From NCBI RefSeq assembly GCF_016026235.1, contig NZ_CP065613.1: DNA of 64,000 bases; one strand, 5' to 3'. This stretch comes from Escherichia coli. GTDB taxonomy: Bacteria; Pseudomonadota; Gammaproteobacteria; Enterobacterales; Enterobacteriaceae. Below the pieces are notes generated by a model that was given only the letters and a program-made list of their open reading frames with translations, did not search any database and was not told where the DNA came from. The translations under genes were made by a program, and so were the position numbers. Below are positions 12,359-28,286 of the stretch, piece by piece. Every line of letters starts with the position of its first letter. Position 1 is the first letter of the stretch.

Positions 12359-12847
12359 ATGAAGACCATTCTACCTGCAGTATTGTTTGCCGCTTTCGCC
12401 ACCACTTCCGCCTGGGCGGCAGAGAGCGTCCAGCCACTGGAAAAAATCGCGCCTTATCCACAAGCTGAAAAAGGCATGAAGCGTCAGGTGATTCAGTTAA
12501 CCCCGCAAAAAGATGAATCTACCCTGAAAGTAGAACTGTTAATCGGTCAGACGCTGGAAGTCGACTGCAATTTGCATCGTCTCGGCGGGAAGCTGGAAAG
12601 CAAAACGCTGGAAGGCTGGGGCTATGATTATTATGTCTTTGATAAAGTTAGCTCGCCGGTTTCCACGATGATGGCCTGCCCGGATGGCAAGAAAGAGAAG
12701 AAATTTGTCACCGCGTATCTGGGCGATGCTGGAATGCTGCGTTACAACAGCAAGCTGCCGATCGTGGTGTATACGCCAGACAATGTAGATGTGAAGTACC
12801 GCGTCTGGAAGGCGGAAGAGAAAATTGACAACGCGGTAGTTCGCTAA
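12359..12847 (+). CDS. eco: Ecotin, periplasmic serine protease inhibitor (162 aa)
   Basis: ORF track 169 aa; start moved to [20 protein letters not shown] matching ecotin precursor. Confidence 0.93.
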   Translation: MKTILPAVLFAAFATTSAWAAESVQPLEKIAPYPQAEKGMKRQVIQLTPQKDESTLKVELLIGQTLEVDCNLHRLGGKLESKTLEGWGYDYYVFDKVSSPVSTMMACPDGKKEKKFVTAYLGDAGMLRYNSKLPIVVYTPDNVDVKYRVWKAEEKIDNAVVR

Positions 12848-13335
12848 ACTGCCGTGAAGTGCGGCACCCCGTAGGTTGGATAAAGCGGTCACGCCGCATC
12901 CGACATCTAACGCCCGAGCCGGTTGCCTGATGCGACGCTGACGCGTGTTATCAGGCCTACACCGCTGTGAAGTGCTCCACCCCGTAGGTCGGATAAGGCG
13001 GTTACGCCGCATCCGACATCCAACGTCCGAGCCGGTTGCCTGATGCGACGCTGACGCGTCTTATCAGGCCTACACCGCTGTGAAGTGCTCCACCCCGTAG
13101 GTCGAATAAGTCGGTTACGCCGCATCCGACATCTAACACCCGAGCCGGTTGCCTGATGCGACGCTGACGCGTGTTATCAGGCCTACACCGCTGTGAAGTG
13201 CTCCACCCCGTAGGTCGGATAAGGCGGTTACGCCGCATCCGACATCCAACGTCCGAGCCGGTTGCCTGATGCGACGCTGGCGCGTCTTATCAGCATACGC
13301 CACATCCGGCATACCATGCCGGATGTGGCACATCA
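12848..13335. repeat. Tandem REP/BIME array, four units of about 110 bp plus a terminal 14-bp-stem palindrome at about 13299-13329
   Basis: Repeated gccgcatccgacatc...gcctgatgcgacgctg...cttatcaggcctaca units; ORF track shows the same MRRNRLIRPTGWSTSQRCRPD peptide in several overlapping ORFs. Confidence 0.9.
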
Positions 13336-14994
<1,659 letters not shown>

Positions 14995-15197
14995 TTACTT
15001 TTAGTCGCTTTATTGCAGGTGAGATTTGCGCGGCATCAACGGTAACACTTAAGTAACAACATTTAAATAATGTTTATAAATTATATTCTAATTTTAGAAA
15101 CATTATAATTTCGTTGATTAATTATAAGGGCATTGCAAAGGCGGGATTTTCAGGATATTTACCTGGCGGCAGAACGCCGCCAGGCTGGAACAGAACA

Positions 15198-16841
15198 TCA
15201 CGCAGTACGTGCAACTGCGTCGCGGGAAGCTGCGTCACGCTCCGCACCAGTCAGTTCACTCAGTTGCCCACTGCGCATCTCCAGCAGGCGGTCAGCGTGG
15301 ATAAAGTAATGATCGTCATGACTAATGGCGAATATGGTTTTACCCATCTCCTGCATCAGCGGCAGCAACACCTGATAAAACTCACGACGGAAGTGTGGAT
15401 CCTGATCCGCCGCCCATTCATCCAGCAGGATAATATCGCGTTCTTCTGCCAGCGCCAGCAACAGCGCCACGCGTTTTTTCTGCCCTTTTGATAACTTCAG
15501 GTTAACAATACGCCCGTTGCTTAACTCAATCTTATGAGCCATTTTCAGCTGCGCCAGCCACTTCTCAACCAGTTGCGGGTTAGCGGGTTTACCCTCCGGC
15601 CCCAGCAGTTGATCAAACAGCCAGACATCGGTAAACACTGCCGAAAACAGTTTGCGATAATCTTCCGGTTGTTCGCCGCTGACAGGTTTGCCATCCAGCA
15701 AGATTTCGCCGCTTTGTGGCTGATACAAGCCCGTCAACAACATCGCCAGCGTCGATTTTCCGCTACCGTTGCCGCCAATCAGAAACAGCAGCTCGCCACG
15801 TTTGATGGTGAGATTAATCGGACCAACGGAAAACGCGTTATCCTGATAAGCAAACGTCACGTTACGCAGCTCCAGCGTTTGCCAGTTGGGAAACGCCTGC
15901 GGGCACGGAAACTCTGCTTTGAAAGGCGCGAGCGCGAATTTGTTCAGCTTGTTAAACGCCACCTGCGCCGTCAGCAGCGTCGGCAATGCGCCAACCGCCG
16001 AAAGCAGCGGCGTACGCAGGAATAAAAGCGTCAACGAATAGGTCGCAGCAACGTTGGTATCAGCCCAACCGAGACTGTTCGCCATCCAGAACACCAGGCC
16101 GATAGCGCCCAGCATCATGATGTTTGACCAGTTCACGGCACTAAGATGGAAGGTGTCTGCGCGGATAATATGATGGCGATACTCTTGCGCATCAGGAATG
16201 TAGAGGTTGTTAAACACATACTCGGCGCGTTCCCGGTTCAGAGTCAGCTCTTTGCGCCCTTCAAGTACAGTTTGAAAATCCGTGTACAGCTTGTCTTCGG
16301 TTTCACGCAGGGTCGCCATATGTTTGTACACCCGCGCCACCAGCAAAAAACCGCCCCAGATGGTGATCGCCATCCAGATAGCCGTTACCAGCAACATTTT
16401 GCCCGACAGCATCCACAGATACGCCGCGGAACCGATAGTGAGAATGATCCCCTGCACAAGTTCCGGCAGACGCACAAAAGCAATGGTGATATTGCGCACA
16501 TCGCTGGTTAATCCCGCCAGCAACGAGGCGCTACCGAGTTGTTCAATGCGCTCGACGTGGGTATCCAGAATCCGCTTGATAAATTCACTACGCAGTCGGT
16601 AAACGAAGTGATGCCCCAAAGTGGTGAGCGCCAGTTGCGATCCGAGAGTGACTGCCATCAACAGCAGCAATAATCCCAGAAACTCCGGCAACACCAGCAG
16701 ACTGGTATCCGCCGTTTCGATAAGGCGCTGATTGATAAAAGCAATTAAGCCAATGCCTAAAGCCGCACTGGCGAGGCTTAGCGCCATCACACTGATAAAT
16801 GGCCAGCGATACTGCCGCCAGACAAGTACAAGAAGTTCCAT
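15198..16841 (-). CDS. yojI: ABC transporter, fused permease/ATPase (microcin J25 efflux family, 547 aa)
   Basis: N-terminal TM domain plus C-terminal Walker [10 protein letters not shown] and LSKGQKKR signature; K-12 synteny. Confidence 0.9.
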   Translation of the reverse strand: MELLVLVWRQYRWPFISVMALSLASAALGIGLIAFINQRLIETADTSLLVLPEFLGLLLLLMAVTLGSQLALTTLGHHFVYRLRSEFIKRILDTHVERIEQLGSASLLAGLTSDVRNITIAFVRLPELVQGIILTIGSAAYLWMLSGKMLLVTAIWMAITIWGGFLLVARVYKHMATLRETEDKLYTDFQTVLEGRKELTLNRERAEYVFNNLYIPDAQEYRHHIIRADTFHLSAVNWSNIMMLGAIGLVFWMANSLGWADTNVAATYSLTLLFLRTPLLSAVGALPTLLTAQVAFNKLNKFALAPFKAEFPCPQAFPNWQTLELRNVTFAYQDNAFSVGPINLTIKRGELLFLIGGNGSGKSTLAMLLTGLYQPQSGEILLDGKPVSGEQPEDYRKLFSAVFTDVWLFDQLLGPEGKPANPQLVEKWLAQLKMAHKIELSNGRIVNLKLSKGQKKRVALLLALAEERDIILLDEWAADQDPHFRREFYQVLLPLMQEMGKTIFAISHDDHYFIHADRLLEMRSGQLSELTGAERDAASRDAVARTA

Positions 16842-16916
16842 GCAGAAAACCCGGACAATGAATTACAGCCCGCAGTTTAAACATCTTCGCGCGCACAGCA
16901 ATAATAATTCTTATTT

Positions 16917-17567
16917 TTATTCTTTTTTACCTGCCTGACGGAATGTCAGGTTGTAGCGGCAGTCGCCGGTGAGTGGATGAAACCCCGCTTTCAACGGTTG
17001 AATACCGTGATAAAACAGCCGCGATTCACCGCCCCATACCACCACATCGCCATGTTCCAACAACAAACGTTTGAGCGGATCATTACGTTTCAGGCCACCA
17101 AATTGAAAAATCGCGGGTAAGCCCAGAGAAACAGAAACAATTGGCGCGCGCAGATCCGGTTCGTCTTTATCCTGATGCAGCGACAGTTTCGCGCCAGGAG
17201 CGTAGCGGTTGATAAGACAAGCATCTGGCTGGAAATCTGGATAGCCCGCCGCCGTAGCCGCACGTTGACATAAATTATGAAAACTCTGCGGCATGGCGGG
17301 CCACGGTTTATTTGTTTGCGGATCAATGGGCGAATAGAGATAACCTTGCCGATGGGTCGTCCAGCCCAGATGCCCACAGTTGGTCATCGCCACCGACATG
17401 GTATATCCCCCGGGGGTAACCATCTGGCGAAACGGCGACTGGCTGGCAACGTCATTAATATCGCGGATCAGTTGCTCCGCAGCATTAAAAGCAAAACGCC
17501 GTAAAATTACCGCACCAGCCGCCAGTGGCTCTTGCCACGGTTCAGCATCGGCAAACAGATCCAACAT
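16917..17567 (-). CDS. alkB: Alpha-ketoglutarate-dependent dioxygenase AlkB (216 aa)
   Basis: 216-aa ORF directly downstream of ada with 1-bp overlap. Confidence 0.93.
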   Translation of the reverse strand: MLDLFADAEPWQEPLAAGAVILRRFAFNAAEQLIRDINDVASQSPFRQMVTPGGYTMSVAMTNCGHLGWTTHRQGYLYSPIDPQTNKPWPAMPQSFHNLCQRAATAAGYPDFQPDACLINRYAPGAKLSLHQDKDEPDLRAPIVSVSLGLPAIFQFGGLKRNDPLKRLLLEHGDVVVWGGESRLFYHGIQPLKAGFHPLTGDCRYNLTFRQAGKKE

Positions 17568-18631
17568 TACCTCTCCTCATTCTCAGCTTCGCGGCGCAGC
17601 AGTTGCGCTTTGCGCGACGCGCCCCAGCGGTAACCTGAAAGCGATCCATCACCGCGTACTACCCGATGACAGGGTATAACGATAGCCAGCTTGTTGGCGG
17701 CACAGGCACTTGCAACGGCCCGTACCGCTTTCGGTTTGCCGATGGCGTTAGCCAGTTGCTGATAACTGACGGTTTCACCGCAAGGTATCGTGCGCAGTGC
17801 CTGCCAGACTTGTTGCTGAAAAGCAGTGCCGCGAATATCCAGCGGTAACGTCAGCGGCGTATCGCGTTGATTGAGGCTGGCGATCACTTCACGCACATGT
17901 TGCTGAAACGTCAGATCGGCAGGCGCGTTGTCGGCAGCGGGAAACATCTGCTGCAACTCGCTGATTAGTGTCGCGTCATCATCGCCCAGCAATATCGCGC
18001 AAATCCCCCGCTCGCTTTCTGCCACCAGGCAACGACCCAGCTCACAATCAGCCAGCGCGTAACGCACCGCCAGATTTTCGCCACCGTGACGGAATTGTTT
18101 AGCCGTCATGCCCAGCGTTTCATCGGCTTTGCGGTAGTAACTGCTGCTGTCGGGGAATCCGGCGTTAAGAATAGACGTCGTCACGCTCTCCCCTTTCGCC
18201 AGCGATTCGCGCAAACGGCGAGCGCGCCAGGCCTGTTGCCAGGCTTTAGGCGTCATTCCGGTAGTCGCTTTAAACAACCGATGTAGATGAAATGGACTCA
18301 TCGCCACCTGGTCGGCTAAGGCTTCCAACGTTACAGGCGTTTCCTGTTCCAGCAGTCGACACGCGTGGGTGATTTTATCCAACCGATGTTGCTGGGCATT
18401 GGCTTTATCAGGTTGGCAGCGTTTGCAGGGGCGAAATCCGGCGGCGAGTGCCTCGCTGGCATTTGCGTAGAAGGAGACGTTTTCCCGCAAAGCATGTCTG
18501 GCGCGGCAAGACGGACGGCAAAAGATGCCTGTGGTGCGCACGGCGAAAACGAATTCGCCGTCGGCATTCGGGTCGCGGGCTAAGACAGATTGCCAGCGTT
18601 GATCGTCAGTTAAGCATGTGGCGTTTTTCAT
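17567..18631 (-). CDS. ada: Bifunctional regulator / O6-methylguanine-DNA methyltransferase Ada (354 aa)
   Basis: 354 aa; C-terminal PCHRV active-site motif; AraC-type HTH region. Confidence 0.95.
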   Translation of the reverse strand: MKNATCLTDDQRWQSVLARDPNADGEFVFAVRTTGIFCRPSCRARHALRENVSFYANASEALAAGFRPCKRCQPDKANAQQHRLDKITHACRLLEQETPVTLEALADQVAMSPFHLHRLFKATTGMTPKAWQQAWRARRLRESLAKGESVTTSILNAGFPDSSSYYRKADETLGMTAKQFRHGGENLAVRYALADCELGRCLVAESERGICAILLGDDDATLISELQQMFPAADNAPADLTFQQHVREVIASLNQRDTPLTLPLDIRGTAFQQQVWQALRTIPCGETVSYQQLANAIGKPKAVRAVASACAANKLAIVIPCHRVVRGDGSLSGYRWGASRKAQLLRREAENEER

Positions 18632-18704
18632 AATCAGCTCCCTGGTTAAGGATAGCCTTTAGTCTGCCCGGCCACCATCACGCAAAAACCAACAATCTTG
18701 CGCT

Positions 18705-19760
18705 TTAATTTTTTTCGCTGACAAGGAAGCTTTTAAACTGTGGTGACATCCAGGTTTTAAAGCTATCGCCTTCTTTGGTGATCATATAAACCGCCAGCCC
18801 TTCCCGGCGAACAACCTCTTTGGCTTTCTCCGGCCCGAGGACCATCAAGCCAGTATCCCAGGCATCGGCTTCCAGCGCCGTCGGAGCAATCACCGTCACA
18901 GATACCAGATTGTGTTCGATGGGACGCCCGGTTTGCGGATCGATAACATGGGAAAGACGTTTGCCGTCCAGTTCGTAATAGTTACGGTAGCTGCCAGAGG
19001 TGCTAATACCATGACCGTTGATATCCACCACGGCCTGAACCGCATTTTCTTTATCGGTTGGCTTTTGAATCGCTACCCGCCACGGCTGGCCTTCACCGTT
19101 CATACCACGGCTGTTCAGCGCGCCGCCCACCGACACCAGATAGCGGGAAATCCCTTCCTGCTCCATCAAGCGTGCCAGGTGATCCGCCGCATAACCTTCA
19201 CCGACGGTGGAGAGATCGACATATAAATCCGGCAGGTCTTTTTGCAGATATTGCTGATGCGACTGATTAATGACCGTCAGGTGCTGTAAGCCGGTTTTGG
19301 CTTTCATCGCATCGATCTGTTCCTGGCTCGGAATTTGAACCGGCTGTTGTTCCGGGCCAAAGCCCCACAGATTCACCAGCGGCCCGACGGTTATATCCAT
19401 CGCGCCATCGGTCTTCGCGCCAATGCGCAGCGAGGTAGTGACGATTTCGGCCATCGCTTCACTTATCGGCCACGGCGATAAACTTTGCGAATCGTTAAAG
19501 CGCATCAGCGCGGAATCTTTTTTATAGGTCGAAAGCAGCTGATCGTCGGCGTCCAGCTGGGTCTGAATCTTTTCTTTAAGTTCGGCGCTGCGTTTGGCGT
19601 CAATGCCCGGGATGCTGGCACGCCAGAAGGTACCCATAGTTTTGCCTTCAAGAACGGTAACTTCAGTAGCGTGGGTTTTGGCGGGTTGTGGTTTTTGATC
19701 GCAACCAACAAAGAAGAGCGCGGCAGCCAGCAGTGCCACGCGGGTAAAGCTTATTTCCAT
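18705..19760 (-). CDS. apbE: FAD:protein FMN transferase ApbE (351 aa)
   Basis: 351-aa ORF with lipoprotein-like signal (LFFVGCDQ); synteny. Confidence 0.92.
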   Translation of the reverse strand: MEISFTRVALLAAALFFVGCDQKPQPAKTHATEVTVLEGKTMGTFWRASIPGIDAKRSAELKEKIQTQLDADDQLLSTYKKDSALMRFNDSQSLSPWPISEAMAEIVTTSLRIGAKTDGAMDITVGPLVNLWGFGPEQQPVQIPSQEQIDAMKAKTGLQHLTVINQSHQQYLQKDLPDLYVDLSTVGEGYAADHLARLMEQEGISRYLVSVGGALNSRGMNGEGQPWRVAIQKPTDKENAVQAVVDINGHGISTSGSYRNYYELDGKRLSHVIDPQTGRPIEHNLVSVTVIAPTALEADAWDTGLMVLGPEKAKEVVRREGLAVYMITKEGDSFKTWMSPQFKSFLVSEKN

Positions 19761-19827
19761 ACGTGATTATCCTCATGCGAACGGTCGCAAGAGTACACCA
19801 AAAAACTGAGTTTGTACGCTGAAAACA

Positions 19828-19853
19828 ATGAAAAAAGGGCCCGCAGGCCCTTT
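19828..19853 (-). terminator. Rho-independent terminator of ompC
   Basis: 8-bp stem aaagggcc/ggcccttt with 4-nt loop, followed on the minus strand by a U-run; 19 bp downstream of ompC stop; position cross-checked against ORF-track frame. Confidence 0.8.
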
Positions 19854-19871
19854 GTTCGATATCAATCGAGA

Positions 19872-21014
<1,143 letters not shown>

Positions 21015-21099
21015 TTATATGCCTTTATTTGCTTTTTTATGCCACTGCATACTGATTAACCCTCATTAATCAGTCGGCAAGTCCATTCTCCCCAAAAAT

Positions 21100-21200
21100 G
21101 CAGAATAATCCAACACGAATATGATACTAAAACTTTTAAGATGTTTCATTCATCGCTATAGATGTTTCAAAATGTAAATGCAAGGGAACTTTTTAAGATT
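21100..21200 (-). promoter_or_regulatory. ompC promoter region with OmpR-binding repeats
   Basis: Minus strand reads TTTACATTTTGAAACATCTATAGCGATGAATGAAACATCTTAAAAGTT, the recalled ompC upstream OmpR-site region; coordinates approximate. Confidence 0.7.
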
Positions 21201-21333
21201 ATTACGGAATGGCGAAATAAGCACCTAACATCAAGCAATAATAATTCAAGGTTAAAATCAATAACTTATTCTTAAGTATTTGACAGCACTGAATGTCAAA
21301 ACAAAACCTTCACTCGCAACTAGAATAACTCCC

Positions 21334-21426
21334 GCTATCATCATTAACTTTATTTATTACCGTCATTCATTTCTGAATGTCTGTTTACCCCTATTTCAAC
21401 CGGATGCCTCGCATCCGGTTTTTTTT
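21334..21426 (+). ncRNA. micF: MicF antisense sRNA (93 nt)
   Basis: Sequence gctatcatcattaactttatttattaccgtcattcatttctgaatgtctgtttacccctatttcaaccggatgcctcgcatccgg + U8 matches MicF incl. terminator; divergent from ompC. Confidence 0.93.
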
Positions 21427-21737
21427 ACCCTTCTTTACACACTTTTCATTATTCTGTGCTACCACAGAAAAACTATAACGCTTGTTAACTATTTCACAAA
21501 TAATTAACATCAGCATAATTTCCAGCAATCTTTGTTTATTTGCAATTATTTTCGTTGGGCTTTTTGTAGGTTATTTGTACAGCAAAATGGCGCTTGTACA
21601 TCTATTTCCCCCAATGCAGGATGATAAATATCACTGGAGAATAGAGAATCATCAATCAGGTAAGAGTCTGGAATTTCACACTGTACCCTTTATACTGCCC
21701 TATCACTTCGCGAAGTTTTAACAGGTCATAAACACGA

Positions 21738-24410
21738 ATGCGTCAGAAAGAGACAACGGCCACGACCCGCTTTTCACTCCTACCGGGGAGCATTACCCGC
21801 TTCTTTTTACTGTTGATCATTGTGTTACTGGTGACGATGGGGGTAATGGTACAAAGCGCCGTTAACGCCTGGCTGAAAGATAAAAGTTACCAGATTGTCG
21901 ACATTACCCACGCTATCCAAAAGCGCGTCGATACCTGGCGTTACGTGACCTGGCAGATCTACGACAACATTGCCGCGACGACCTCCCCCTCCTCCGGCGA
22001 AGGTTTACAAGAGACGCGCCTGAAACAGGATGTCTACTATCTGGAAAAACCGCGTCGCAAAACGGAAGCGTTAATCTTTGGCTCTCACGACAACTCAACG
22101 CTTGAGATGACTCAGCGGATGTCCACCTATCTGGACACATTGTGGGGCGCAGAAAATGTACCGTGGTCAATGTATTACCTGAATGGTCAGGATAACAGTC
22201 TGGTGCTGATCTCAACCCTGCCCCTCAAAGATCTCACCTCCGGATTTAAAGAATCGACCGTCAGTGACATTGTTGATTCACGTCGTGCAGAGATGTTGCA
22301 ACAGGCCAACGCCCTCGATGAACGCGAAAGTTTTTCTAACATGCGCCGCCTGGCCTGGCAGAACGGTCATTACTTTACCTTGCGTACCACGTTCAACCAG
22401 CCGGGACATCTGGCAACGGTCGTGGCTTTTGATCTGCCGATTAATGATTTGATCCCACCGGGTATGCCGCTGGACAGTTTCCGCCTTGAGCCAGACGCGA
22501 CGGCAACGGGAGACAATGATAATGAGAAAGAAGGGACGGATAGCGTCAGTATCCACTTTAACAGTACGAAGATTGAAATCTCCTCGGCACTCAACTCTAC
22601 CGATATGCGACTGGTCTGGCAGGTTCCTTATGGCACCTTACTGCTGGATACGTTGCAAAACATTCTGCTGCCACTGCTGCTGAACATCGGTTTGCTGGCG
22701 CTGGCGTTATTTGGCTATACCACATTTCGCCATTTCTCCAGTCGCAGTACAGAAAGTCTACCCAACACGGCGGTCAATAACGAATTGCACATTTTACGGG
22801 CAATCAATGAAGAGATAGTCTCACTGCTGCCGCTCGGCCTGCTGGTTCACGATCAGGAATCGAACCGCACTGTCATAAGTAACAAAATTGCCGATCATTT
22901 GCTGCCGCATTTGAATCTGCAAAACATCACCACCATGGCGGAACAGCATCAGGGGATTATTCAGGCGACGATCAATAACGAGCTGTATGAGATCCGCATG
23001 TTCCGCAGCCAGGTCGCGCCGCGCACACAAATTTTCATTATTCGCGATCAGGATCGCGAAGTGCTGGTAAACAAGAAACTCAAGCAGGCGCAGCGTCTGT
23101 ATGAGAAAAACCAGCAGGGGCGGATGAGCTTTATGAAAAACATTGGCGATGCGCTGAAAGAACCCGCACAGTCCCTGGCGGAGAGCGCGGCTAAACTCAA
23201 CGCCCCGGAAAGCAAACAACTGGCGAATCAGGCAGATGTGCTGGTGCGGCTGGTCGATGAAATACAGTTAGCGAACATGCTTGCGGACGATAGCTGGAAA
23301 AGTGAGACGGTGCTGTTCTCCGTGCAGGATTTAATAGATGAAGTTGTGCCTTCAGTGTTGCCTGCCATCAAGCGTAAAGGTCTGCAACTGCTGATTAACA
23401 ATCATCTGAAAGCACACGATATGCGCCGCGGCGATCGCGATGCCTTACGACGTATTTTGCTGCTACTGATGCAATATGCCGTGACCTCAACGCAATTGGG
23501 AAAAATCACCCTTGAGGTTGATCAGGATGAGTCCTCCGAAGACCGCCTGACGTTCCGCATTCTGGACACCGGAGAAGGTGTAAGCATTCATGAAATGGAT
23601 AATTTGCACTTCCCGTTTATCAACCAGACCCAAAACGATCGCTATGGCAAGGCGGACCCGCTGGCATTCTGGCTGAGCGATCAACTGGCACGTAAACTGG
23701 GCGGTCATTTAAACATCAAAACGCGGGATGGGCTTGGTACACGCTACTCTGTGCATATCAAAATGCTCGCAGCTGACCCGGAAGTTGAAGAGGAAGAAGA
23801 GCGTTTACTGGATGATGTCTGCGTAATGGTGGATGTTACTTCGGCAGAAATTCGGAATATTATCACTCGCCAGTTAGAAAATTGGGGTGCAACCTGTATC
23901 ACACCCGATGAAAGATTAATTAGTCAAGATTATGATATCTTTTTAACGGATAATCCGTCTAATCTTACTGCCTCTGGCTTGCTTTTAAGCGATGATGAGT
24001 CTGGCGTACGGGAAATTGGGCCTGGTCAATTGTGCGTCAACTTCAATATGAGCAACGCTATGCAGGAAGCGGTCTTACAATTAATTGAAGTGCAACTGGC
24101 GCAGGAAGAGGTGACAGAATCGCCTCTGGGCGGAGATGAAAATGCGCAACTCCATGCCAGCGGCTATTATGCGCTCTTTGTAGACACAGTACCGGATGAT
24201 GTTAAGAGGCTGTATACTGAAGCAGCAACCAGTGACTTTGCTGCGTTAGCCCAAACGGCTCATCGTCTTAAAGGCGTATTTGCCATGCTAAATCTGGTAC
24301 CCGGCAAGCAGTTATGTGAAACGCTGGAACATCTGATTCGTGAGAAGGATGTTCCAGGAATAGAAAAATACATCAGCGACATTGACAGTTATGTCAAGAG
24401 CTTGCTGTAG
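21738..24410 (+). CDS. rcsD: Phosphotransfer intermediate protein RcsD (890 aa)
   Basis: 890-aa ORF with N-terminal TM segments and C-terminal HPt-like region; immediately upstream of rcsB. Confidence 0.93.
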   Translation: MRQKETTATTRFSLLPGSITRFFLLLIIVLLVTMGVMVQSAVNAWLKDKSYQIVDITHAIQKRVDTWRYVTWQIYDNIAATTSPSSGEGLQETRLKQDVYYLEKPRRKTEALIFGSHDNSTLEMTQRMSTYLDTLWGAENVPWSMYYLNGQDNSLVLISTLPLKDLTSGFKESTVSDIVDSRRAEMLQQANALDERESFSNMRRLAWQNGHYFTLRTTFNQPGHLATVVAFDLPINDLIPPGMPLDSFRLEPDATATGDNDNEKEGTDSVSIHFNSTKIEISSALNSTDMRLVWQVPYGTLLLDTLQNILLPLLLNIGLLALALFGYTTFRHFSSRSTESLPNTAVNNELHILRAINEEIVSLLPLGLLVHDQESNRTVISNKIADHLLPHLNLQNITTMAEQHQGIIQATINNELYEIRMFRSQVAPRTQIFIIRDQDREVLVNKKLKQAQRLYEKNQQGRMSFMKNIGDALKEPAQSLAESAAKLNAPESKQLANQADVLVRLVDEIQLANMLADDSWKSETVLFSVQDLIDEVVPSVLPAIKRKGLQLLINNHLKAHDMRRGDRDALRRILLLLMQYAVTSTQLGKITLEVDQDESSEDRLTFRILDTGEGVSIHEMDNLHFPFINQTQNDRYGKADPLAFWLSDQLARKLGGHLNIKTRDGLGTRYSVHIKMLAADPEVEEEEERLLDDVCVMVDVTSAEIRNIITRQLENWGATCITPDERLISQDYDIFLTDNPSNLTASGLLLSDDESGVREIGPGQLCVNFNMSNAMQEAVLQLIEVQLAQEEVTESPLGGDENAQLHASGYYALFVDTVPDDVKRLYTEAATSDFAALAQTAHRLKGVFAMLNLVPGKQLCETLEHLIREKDVPGIEKYISDIDSYVKSLL

Positions 24411-24426
24411 CAAGGTAGCCTATTAC

Positions 24427-25077
24427 ATGAACAATATAAACGTAATTATTGCCGATGACCATCCGATAGTCTTGTTCGGTATTCGCAAATCACTTGAGCA
24501 AATTGAGTGGGTGAATGTTGTCGGCGAATTTGAAGACTCTACAGCACTGATCAACAACCTGCCGAAACTGGATGCGCATGTGTTGATTACCGATCTCTCC
24601 ATGCCTGGCGATAAGTACGGCGATGGCATTACCTTAATCAAGTACATCAAGCGCCATTTCCCAAGCCTGTCGATTATTGTTCTGACCATGAACAACAACC
24701 CGGCGATTCTTAGTGCGGTATTGGATCTGGATATCGAAGGGATCGTGCTGAAACAAGGTGCACCGACCGATCTGCCGAAAGCTCTCGCCGCGCTGCAGAA
24801 AGGGAAGAAATTTACCCCAGAAAGCGTTTCTCGCCTGTTGGAAAAAATCAGTGCTGGTGGTTACGGTGACAAGCGTCTCTCGCCAAAAGAGAGTGAAGTT
24901 CTGCGCCTGTTTGCGGAAGGCTTCCTGGTGACCGAGATCGCTAAAAAGCTGAACCGCAGTATTAAAACCATCAGTAGCCAGAAGAAATCTGCGATGATGA
25001 AGCTGGGTGTCGAGAACGATATCGCCCTGCTGAATTATCTCTCTTCAGTGACGTTAAGTCCGGCAGATAAAGACTAA
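24427..25077 (+). CDS. rcsB: Response regulator RcsB (216 aa)
   Basis: ORF track 231 aa; start moved to MNNINVIIADDHPIVLFGIRKSLEQ matching RcsB. Confidence 0.95.
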   Translation: MNNINVIIADDHPIVLFGIRKSLEQIEWVNVVGEFEDSTALINNLPKLDAHVLITDLSMPGDKYGDGITLIKYIKRHFPSLSIIVLTMNNNPAILSAVLDLDIEGIVLKQGAPTDLPKALAALQKGKKFTPESVSRLLEKISAGGYGDKRLSPKESEVLRLFAEGFLVTEIAKKLNRSIKTISSQKKSAMMKLGVENDIALLNYLSSVTLSPADKD

Positions 25078-28012
<2,935 letters not shown>

Positions 28013-28286
28013 AGGGGCGAAGCTCCGCCTCAGGTGACCGATGGAGTGTGGTTAAGGTAGCGGTAAAAGCGTGTTACCGCAATGTTCTGTCACCATTGCA
28101 ATAATGCGTATCGCTTAGAAACCATTGCCTTAACCAGGAAAGCCGGAGTAAATGGACAGTTCTCAGTACGAAAAATAAGAAATGACCAATCTGCCGACGC
28201 TTGTTAATGGTTATATCCTGGCGTCGGCAGATCGCCCAGCAGTCTTATCTGAAAAAAGAAAGAGCCAGGTTGTGTGAAGGGATGGA

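Noticed and set aside
12848-13335. Possible CRISPR array because of regular direct repeats
   Set aside because: Repeat period is about 110 bp with no unique spacers, units are REP-type palindromes with GC-rich stems, and there are no cas genes nearby.
15162-15184. 9-bp-stem hairpin (cctggcggc/gccgccagg) just downstream of the yojI stop as an intrinsic terminator
   Set aside because: No adjoining U-tract on the minus strand, so it cannot be called a canonical terminator with confidence.
21482-21721. 79-aa hydrophobic ORF between micF and rcsD
   Set aside because: AT-rich leader region, no convincing SD, low-complexity Ile/Leu/Phe-rich translation typical of AT-rich noise; more likely rcsD promoter or leader.
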